Source of the DNA: a virus
Length of the DNA stretch: 6,068 nt
IMG/VR virus record: IMGVR_UViG_3300020030_000051
Location: 1-6,068 of that record
Strand: one strand, 5' to 3'
Positions 1 to 4,987 of this stretch are shown piece by piece. How positions within the stretch are numbered: the first letter of the stretch is position 1; the number at the start of each line of letters is the position of its first letter. A model generated the notes under the pieces. That model saw only the letters and a program-made list of their open reading frames with translations. It was not told the DNA's origin and did no database searches. A program made the translations under genes and the position numbers.

Positions 1-111
1 CCAAGGGCGAAGGGCTAAAGCAGACTTAGCAACGTCAGAGCCATTGCGACAAGGATTCTTCTTGTCAAAATAACGACGATTGCGTATCCATAAAGGAGAA
101 GAGCAGGGCAT
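1..111 (-). CDS. Redundant partial copy of the Rep N-terminus (codons 1-37), created by the terminal overlap; not a separate gene
   Basis: The ATG at 109-111 (minus) equals the ATG at 6056-6058. The sequence is the same as 5948-6058 and encodes MPCSSPLWIRNRRYFDKKNPCRNGSDVAKSALALRPW. Confidence 0.85.
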   Translation of the reverse strand, partial: MPCSSPLWIRNRRYFDKKNPCRNGSDVAKSALALRPW

Positions 112-121
112 TAAAATAAGC
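1..121. repeat. Left copy of the exact 121-nt direct terminal repeat (circular-genome redundancy)
   Basis: I compared 1-121 with 5948-6068 base by base and found them identical. The flanks differ (5941-5947 cgacatc; 122 onward tttgaag). Confidence 0.97.
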
Positions 122-311
122 TTTGAAGACAATCAAATCTAATCCTAGGATGATCAAGGCGACAGCGAATAAGATAGTCATTTGCTGGAGTCGCATCGGC
201 AAACCAAGCGATAATAACTCGCTTTCTACCTCTATATGCGCCAATAGAATAGCGATAAGGAGTGCTATTGATGACGGGGGAAAACCTGGGGCGGAAGTCG
301 TAATAATCCAT
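111..311 (-). CDS. Small basic hypothetical protein (66 aa from the first ATG; the ORF track extends it to 440 using a GTG start)
   Basis: The ATG lies at 309-311 (minus). The TAA stop at 111-113 overlaps the Rep ATG as TAATG, which suggests translational coupling. The product is Arg-rich (10 R and 1 K against 6 D). The 312-440 extension starts at GTG and lies in a hairpin-dense, GC-rich stretch, so I prefer the ATG. I recognise no family. Confidence 0.35.
   Translation of the reverse strand: MDYYDFRPRFSPVINSTPYRYSIGAYRGRKRVIIAWFADATPANDYLIRCRLDHPRIRFDCLQSLF
134..141 (-). promoter_or_regulatory. Candidate Bacteroides-type -7 promoter box (TAGATTTG) upstream of Rep
   Basis: The minus strand reads TAGATTTG, an exact TAnnTTTG match, 22 nt upstream of the Rep ATG at 111. 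There is no TTTG at the expected -33 position, so support is weak. Confidence 0.25.
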
Positions 312-331
312 AATCAAAAAAGTAATACTTT

Positions 332-464
332 GCGCTTCGAAAGACGGTACTTTCGAGCGCGAAAACTGTTTCGCTACGCCGCTCGACGGCCTTAACGGCC
401 GGGACGCTTCGCGTCTTCGAGCTCCATGGCTTCGCTTCACGATCTGTATACCGAATAAATTCGG
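332..464 (-). promoter_or_regulatory. Array of six stem-loops; candidate ssDNA origin or regulatory region
   Basis: 332-360: 11 bp with one bulge. 359-374: 6 bp, GCGAAA/TTTCGC. 387-401: 5 GC bp. 403-415: GACGC-GAA-GCGTC on the minus strand. 429-435: GCGAAGC on the minus strand. 451-464: CCGAAT/ATTCGG. The hexamer cgcttc recurs at 333, 405 and 433. Confidence 0.55.
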
Positions 465-477
465 TGAGTTTGAGAGT

Positions 478-512
478 AAAAAAAATCCCAGGGGAGAGCG
501 ACTCCCCTGGGA
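478..512 (-). terminator. Rho-independent terminator for minus-strand transcription
   Basis: Perfect 11-bp GC-rich stem (486-496 pairs with 502-512) and a 5-nt loop. On the minus strand it is followed directly by T8 (A8 at 478-485 on plus). It sits 47 nt downstream of the stop at 559-561. There is no T-run on the plus-strand side. Confidence 0.75.
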
Positions 513-558
513 GTCAACGGCCTAAAGAACTCTACCTCCAAGCGGGCGAGTTACGACT

Positions 559-882
559 TTAGTTCCTTTTCCCTTTTTTTTTCGTCGTGCTTTCATCGCA
601 ATCAAGCTCAAGATTAAACATAAGAACGATGGTATTATCGAAAAACTCGATACTAAAGTCGGGGAGAGTACTGCAGGTACTAATAAGGTCAGAGATTTCC
701 GAGTGACCGACGTAGAGAGAATCGCTAATATCCGAATTCTTTAGATAGGAAGCAACGGGAGAATTCGCAATAGCGTCAAAAGGGATAGAAACAAACTGGC
801 CGTCTTTGACGTGACCTACTTGGACAAGGTCAATTTTAAGAGCCGGGTTAATTCGGCGAATAACAACATGAATCTGTGTCAT
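559..882 (-). CDS. Hypothetical protein, 107 aa from ATG 880-882 (the track's 131-aa version uses a TTG at 954)
   Basis: The ATG lies 11 nt after the stop of the upstream ORF (894-896), which fits the compact layout. The TTG extension would overlap that ORF by 61 nt. The C-terminus is basic (KKKGKRN). No recognisable motifs. Confidence 0.5.
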   Translation of the reverse strand: MTQIHVVIRRINPALKIDLVQVGHVKDGQFVSIPFDAIANSPVASYLKNSDISDSLYVGHSEISDLISTCSTLPDFSIEFFDNTIVLMFNLELDCDESTTKKKGKRN

Positions 883-893
883 AATAACGAGGT

Positions 894-1214
894 TTAAAGT
901 CTTACTTGAAGATCGGCGCAAAAACGTTCCCAGGCAGCAGACTGTTTGCGCCAAAAATCAACACCTTCAGGTGTCGAGCAAAACAGGAACGCGGAGGAAA
1001 TAAGGCGGCTCGGGCCAAAGCGGGAAACGTAAAGAGTACGCCGAACGTGAGAGCGCAGGCGATCGCGAAAACTCCTGCAAGGTGCAAAGTCGTGCTCGTA
1101 ATTCTCCTTAAAAGCAGAAAATACCCCTCGACGAACAAGCCACTCGAGGAAAGCATACTCTACAACGTCGATCAACAACTCGTTGACCCTAATACTTTCA
1201 CTAGATGTTTTCAT
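894..1214 (-). CDS. Hypothetical protein, 106 aa
   Basis: ATG at 1212-1214 and TAA at 894-896. It sits about 20-25 nt downstream of a consensus Bacteroides-type promoter. It carries a Trp/Phe-rich C-terminal block, SAFLFCSTPEGVDFWRKQSAAWERF. I cannot assign a family. Confidence 0.55.
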   Translation of the reverse strand: MKTSSESIRVNELLIDVVEYAFLEWLVRRGVFSAFKENYEHDFAPCRSFRDRLRSHVRRTLYVSRFGPSRLISSAFLFCSTPEGVDFWRKQSAAWERFCADLQVRL

Positions 1215-1240
1215 GGTAGTGTGGTTATTGGTTTACAGTG

Positions 1241-1271
1241 CAAATATAAGACAGGAAGAATAAATAGCAAA
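1241..1271 (-). promoter_or_regulatory. Bacteroides/Bacteroidota-type sigma-A promoter: -33 TTTG, 19-nt spacer, -7 TATATTTG
   Basis: The minus strand reads TTTG (1268-1271), then 19 nt, then TATATTTG (1241-1248). This matches the TTTG-N19-21-TAnnTTTG consensus exactly. It lies in the 86-nt gap between the VP2 stop (1301) and the next ATG (1214). Confidence 0.5.
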
Positions 1272-1300
1272 GTTCTAGAAGTCGAAAAAGTTAGTCGATT

Positions 1301-2557
1301 TCACCTTACATAACGACGACTAGATTTCGTAGTGCCAGCGTACCTGCCATCTTTGCCAAAAATTTCCCTACTTTCATCATAATCAACAGGAGTAGGACGT
1401 TTAGTTGTAGCAGCGCCGGCGACAGCAATAGCGCCAACCAAGGCAGTTCTCGCCATGCTATAACCAAAAGCATTTTTGCTAGATCGATTTTGAAACCAGC
1501 GACCCGAAAGATCTTGTTCACCTTCTGAAGCGGCGAGACCCATAAGTTTCTGGTGAATCTGACGACCTGTCATCTTTGTTGTCCTGCCAGTAGGTTTACC
1601 TTTTTCATTAACTTCCGGAACATCGATCACCGAGTCCCAATTAAGATCGAACCACTCGCGAAGATCAGCTAAGTTAACCTTACGTATCTCAGACTCAACA
1701 TCTAAGACATCACCGGAAGCGGCAGATTCATAGGCGGCAGCAAAATCCCGAACAATCTGAGCAGCGTAAACAGCATCAAAGTATTTGTCGTTATACTTCT
1801 TGACCTGATTCGCCTCTTCAACATGTTTCGAATACATGGCAACGTAATCTTGAAACTTATACGTAGCCATAAGATCAGCATATTCAGCATCGGCGGCATG
1901 GATATCAGCCAAAGCACGATTGAGACGGATCAATTCGGAAACATTATCGATATTATGCTCTAAAGACTTCTTCTCTAACTCATCCATCTCCTTTCGCCAG
2001 TCTGCGCTATGAGTGTTGCCTCTCATAAGGTCAGCCTCAGCGTTATCACGATTAGCAGCAGCATCGTTACGGTTAACCGAAGAGCGAGCCATCATATTTT
2101 GCGCAATAGCGGTAGGATCGGTGGCTGCAAAACCGCCAGGAGCAATAGGAGAACTACCCGAAGGGCCGGAGGCGGAAGGCATAGGGGCAGAACCGCCGGA
2201 CATAGTAGCACTCACACCAACACCTGAAGAGCCTAGAACGGCAGCGGGGGTTACACCAGCCTTCGAGTAACGATCAAAGACCTTCGAGGGATCATTGTAG
2301 GCGTTTTCGTAGTCAAATTGTTTCTGCCAATTAGCATAAGAAAGTTCAGATTGCTTCTGCATCTGCTCGAGGGCATATCTTTGCTGGAGAGCCATCTGTT
2401 TTTGCTGAAATCTCCACTGACGACGAGCGTTCATGCCACCAAAAAGTTGGCCTAAAAAACCGTTTATCAAACCGGTAGTGCCAGTAGAAGCAGCGGATTC
2501 GCCAAGGGCGCGACCAAAAGAAGTAGTAGCGGCGGCGGCAGCAATAGGGGCAGGCAT
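1301..2557 (-). CDS. VP2: VP2-like minor capsid / DNA pilot protein (418 aa)
   Basis: Gly/Ala-rich N-terminus, then QKQFDYENAYNDPSKVFDRYSKAGVTPAAVLG, which resembles the conserved N-Y-N-(S/D)-P ... AG-(L/V)-(N/T)-P block of gokushovirus VP2. A Ser/Gly/Pro low-complexity linker and a long helical, coiled-coil-like region follow. Size and position fit a pilot protein. Confidence 0.8.
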   Translation of the reverse strand: MPAPIAAAAATTSFGRALGESAASTGTTGLINGFLGQLFGGMNARRQWRFQQKQMALQQRYALEQMQKQSELSYANWQKQFDYENAYNDPSKVFDRYSKAGVTPAAVLGSSGVGVSATMSGGSAPMPSASGPSGSSPIAPGGFAATDPTAIAQNMMARSSVNRNDAAANRDNAEADLMRGNTHSADWRKEMDELEKKSLEHNIDNVSELIRLNRALADIHAADAEYADLMATYKFQDYVAMYSKHVEEANQVKKYNDKYFDAVYAAQIVRDFAAAYESAASGDVLDVESEIRKVNLADLREWFDLNWDSVIDVPEVNEKGKPTGRTTKMTGRQIHQKLMGLAASEGEQDLSGRWFQNRSSKNAFGYSMARTALVGAIAVAGAATTKRPTPVDYDESREIFGKDGRYAGTTKSSRRYVR

Positions 2558-2558
2558 A

Positions 2559-2750
2559 CTATACGTGAGTTAAATTGTTAGAACGAATGATGTAATCAAC
2601 GCGTACTGTATCAATGTGAACGCCACTACGTTGCATCCTAGCCTGAGCAGCACATGACGACAAGAAAAAGGCGGCCAAAGCAGCAACAATAGAAGAAACG
2701 AGCGTCCAAAAAGCTTTCGACTTGTAAAAAGGGGGCTTAACGTCTGACAT
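2559..2750 (-). CDS. Small putative lipoprotein (63-aa precursor, about 31-aa mature peptide)
   Basis: Lys-containing n-region (K5, K10, K12), hydrophobic core AFWTLVSSIVAALAAFFL, and lipobox L-S-S-C with Cys33 at 2652-2654. The TAG stop is 1 nt from the VP2 ATG (TAGTATG). The leader upstream is AT-rich. Confidence 0.6.
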   Translation of the reverse strand: MSDVKPPFYKSKAFWTLVSSIVAALAAFFLSSCAAQARMQRSGVHIDTVRVDYIIRSNNLTHV

Positions 2751-2776
2751 AAATTTAAAAAATTAAAGAACGATAG

Positions 2777-2853
2777 AAAAATGCGCGGCCTCTCCTGCAG
2801 TCGTTACCAATAACCTTCAGCAATTCACGGACTCTTGCAAAAGGGGTCCGCGC
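2777..2853 (-). other. Structured intergenic element: GC clamp enclosing about 59 nt, followed by a T-run on the minus strand; possible terminator or attenuator
   Basis: gcgcgg (2783-2788) pairs with ccgcgc (2848-2853). A competing 7-bp hairpin (2826-2832 with 2846-2852) shares bases with the clamp. On the minus strand the clamp is followed by ATTTTTC (2776-2782). It lies in the 133-nt gap between the 98-aa ORF and the lipoprotein ORF. Confidence 0.35.
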
Positions 2854-2884
2854 ACGTAGCATATATCGTCAAGTAAAGGATATA

Positions 2885-3181
2885 CTATTTTTCTTCAGAG
2901 TCGGTTGATTTTGAAGCAGGCTTTGACTTATCAAGCTGTGAATCAATAAGTTCCTGACCAACCTCGAGACCGTCGAACTTATCCATACGAGAGAAGGAGT
3001 TGGGATCAAAATCAATCTCAGGGTTAAATTTCTCTCCCTTTTCAAAATCGGAAGGCTCAGCCGTCACATCTGGACGACCAGGGAGAACGTCGACAGAGCC
3101 AGAACCGTCGAGAACGGAAAGAATGCGCTGCCCGCGAGAAATATATGCGGGGGCGTCTTCTAATAACCAATCAAGTGCCAT
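2885..3181 (-). CDS. Highly acidic 98-aa protein; possible scaffolding-type (VP3-like) protein
   Basis: The ATG lies 12 nt after the capsid gene stop. Composition is 13 D and 9 E against 7 K and 4 R (net about -11), with no hydrophobic core. The functional call rests only on position and charge. Confidence 0.55.
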   Translation of the reverse strand: MALDWLLEDAPAYISRGQRILSVLDGSGSVDVLPGRPDVTAEPSDFEKGEKFNPEIDFDPNSFSRMDKFDGLEVGQELIDSQLDKSKPASKSTDSEEK

Positions 3182-3193
3182 AAGACTGTAGTA

Positions 3194-4984
3194 TTAACGA
3201 TTAGACAAACGGGTAGCAAACGTCTTGTTCACTAAATTCTTCTTCTGAACAGCATACGAGAGATTCACAAAAAAGTTATCCTCAACGCGCGAGGCAAACG
3301 CCGAATTCACCTGTCCAATGTTAACAAACAGGTTAGCGTAGTACGTATTATAACTTTGCGACAAGACGCGCTGCTGTACCCAATAAGCATAAAGCGGAAT
3401 CTTCGTGTCGGAAGACTGAAAACGGGAAAGCTGGCCTAAAACTTCATCATAGGATGACCTAAATTCATTGAAGCATGGCTCCTGAGCGACCGTGTCGATG
3501 GAAATCGACGACCCTAAACCAAACTGGAAAGACGGAACATCCTGATAACCAATATCATTATAAATGGGGTTAAAATAGTCAGAACCAGTATAATGCAGAT
3601 AATCGGGGTAAACACCAGCCCAGTAATAGATAGGTCGTATACTCAACATATCAATCATATAACCGGGCTCACGAAAATAGTAAGACTGTCGACGACCTAA
3701 TCGATCGTTAAAAGCAATAGCGCCACCCTGCTGTCCCAGAGGACCATTAACGCTCGGACCGGTGAAGTTATTTTGTCCAGCTTGATTCATAACAATCTGC
3801 ACGTTGACAGTCTGAGAAGCACTAAAGAGAAGCTTCGGGCGATCAACATGTTCAATTTTAGAGGCGAAAAACGTCTCAAGCCAATCACTATAACGGCTGC
3901 CTCCAGCGCCGAGAAGGTCCTTGTATTCCTGAAGACGAGAAGCAATGGCCAACTGCGGAATAGTGTTTACTCCTGTCATCGAAACAGCAGAATTAGAGCC
4001 AGTAGGCAATAAACGACTGTAACGATCGGGATTGGAAGGAACAACCGCCATAGGGTGGGCAACAAGGAAAGCGCCGAGAGACGTAATACGCGAGTCAGCA
4101 GCATCGGTAGAAAGTTGACCAGCGGGGCCAGCCTCTGTCAAAACGCCGTTACCGGGATAAGTTTTTGAAACAGGATACCCATTCGAAGACGCGGCGGCCG
4201 TAGCGCCAAGATCGGAAAAGAGTATCTGAAAGTACAAATTACCACGATTATAGGTGTTATTGTTCGAGGAAACTGCAGCCGGGTAAAACTGACTCTCAAA
4301 AAAGGCATCGAGATATTCGAGATTTCCAAAACGCTGCGTAAAAAAAGAACTCTCTTCAGCAAACTGAAAAAGGTTGGGGTATGAACCCGAAGAATTTGAG
4401 ATAGAATACCAAGACGATGGCCAAGCAAAAGAATAAAGGCCCCACTGTGAATAACTGTAATAGTTGCGGACGATATCCCAATAGGCTAAATAAGTATCCG
4501 CGTTACACCAAGAAACAGGGAAAGAAAGCTGAGCCGCCGAAAGATTAGGAGAGACAGGATGATCTGAAGACGTAACGACTGGAATACCCGCGGGAACGAC
4601 ACGCAGCCAACGAAGCAATGAATTGGAATAAGGCATATTGTTGGTCGTAAAAGTATAAGAGTCTGTCGACGATGCCGTAATAAAATTAAGGCTCAAGTCG
4701 TTCATATCAAACTTACTACTATTCGTCCTCATCTCGGGATGATACAACTGAATCGGCACCCAAAAACGGTGAAGCCGAACAGTATAGGGATTGAACGTCG
4801 GAACAGCAAGAGGGTTACTGCGAACATCAATGCCTTGTTCAATAGAAACACGGTCTCGAGCATTAATAAAATCGATTCGCACCGGATATAAAATACCCGG
4901 CGTACACGTAAAGGCCTTGCTCTCAGGGACATCGTAGCGAGAGTAGCCATTAACGGCGTGAGAAATAAAAGGTTGTTTTCCCAT
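3194..4984 (-). CDS. VP1: Major capsid protein VP1 (Microviridae F-protein family), 596 aa
   Basis: The N-terminal block YSRYDVPESKAFTCTPGILYPVRIDFINARDRV ... RLHRFWVPIQL, the central block ASRLQEYKDLLGAGGSRYSDWLETFFASKIEHVDRPKLL (3827-3955) and EPGYMIDMLSIRPIYYW match conserved blocks of microvirus capsid proteins as I know them. Confidence 0.93.
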   Translation of the reverse strand: MGKQPFISHAVNGYSRYDVPESKAFTCTPGILYPVRIDFINARDRVSIEQGIDVRSNPLAVPTFNPYTVRLHRFWVPIQLYHPEMRTNSSKFDMNDLSLNFITASSTDSYTFTTNNMPYSNSLLRWLRVVPAGIPVVTSSDHPVSPNLSAAQLSFPVSWCNADTYLAYWDIVRNYYSYSQWGLYSFAWPSSWYSISNSSGSYPNLFQFAEESSFFTQRFGNLEYLDAFFESQFYPAAVSSNNNTYNRGNLYFQILFSDLGATAAASSNGYPVSKTYPGNGVLTEAGPAGQLSTDAADSRITSLGAFLVAHPMAVVPSNPDRYSRLLPTGSNSAVSMTGVNTIPQLAIASRLQEYKDLLGAGGSRYSDWLETFFASKIEHVDRPKLLFSASQTVNVQIVMNQAGQNNFTGPSVNGPLGQQGGAIAFNDRLGRRQSYYFREPGYMIDMLSIRPIYYWAGVYPDYLHYTGSDYFNPIYNDIGYQDVPSFQFGLGSSISIDTVAQEPCFNEFRSSYDEVLGQLSRFQSSDTKIPLYAYWVQQRVLSQSYNTYYANLFVNIGQVNSAFASRVEDNFFVNLSYAVQKKNLVNKTFATRLSNR

Positions 4985-4987
4985 AAA

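Noticed and set aside
1-121. The terminal direct repeat as a biological long terminal repeat or a duplicated gene start
   Set aside because: The repeat is exact and sits precisely at both contig ends. Joining the ends restores an uninterrupted Rep upstream region. This is the signature of a circular genome linearised with overlap, not of a real duplication.
123-395. Plus-strand 90-aa ORF antisense to the small basic ORF
   Set aside because: It starts at TTG, lies opposite to every recognisable gene and overlaps the hairpin-rich region. It is most likely a shadow frame.
883-954. TTG-initiated 5' extension of the 559-954 ORF (131-aa version)
   Set aside because: The extension would overlap the upstream ORF by 61 nt. 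The ATG at 880-882, 11 nt after that ORF's stop, fits the compact non-overlapping layout better.
906-1313. Plus-strand 135-aa ORF, together with other plus-strand ORFs at 2009-2270, 3000-3191, 3773-4012, 5261-5443 and 5636-5926
   Set aside because: All are antisense to well-supported or better-placed minus-strand genes. Their products are low-complexity or Arg/Lys-rich, as expected for shadow frames. Microviruses transcribe one strand.
1306-1521. Hydrophobic 71-aa alternative-frame ORF inside the 3' end of VP2
   Set aside because: It starts at GTG, is short and overlaps an Ala/Gly-rich stretch of VP2 whose shifted frame naturally yields Leu-rich sequence. The evidence is weaker than for the ORF embedded in Rep. 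The similar short alternative-frame ORFs at 1702-1917, 4138-4428 and 4729-4950 were dismissed for the same reason.
1938-1965. A dif/XerCD-like AT-rich motif (attatcgatattatgctctaaag) that could mediate provirus integration
   Set aside because: It only loosely resembles the TTATG...TAAA arm, has the wrong spacing and lies inside VP2 coding sequence. This is not enough to call a recombination site.
2502-2510. The 9-mer ccaagggcg, shared with the first bases of the terminal repeat
   Set aside because: Many 9-nt coincidences are expected within a 6-kb sequence, and the match does not extend.
2783-2853. A 71-nt element with a 6-bp GC acceptor-like closing stem, which is tRNA-sized
   Set aside because: Neither strand has a T-loop GTTCRA motif, the D-loop GG, U8/A14 or a cloverleaf arrangement of internal stems. 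It is not a tRNA.
4708-4715. Third exact TAnnTTTG match (TAAGTTTG on the minus strand), inside VP1
   Set aside because: It has no TTTG at the -33 spacing and no downstream ORF start. One or two such matches are expected by chance in 6 kb.
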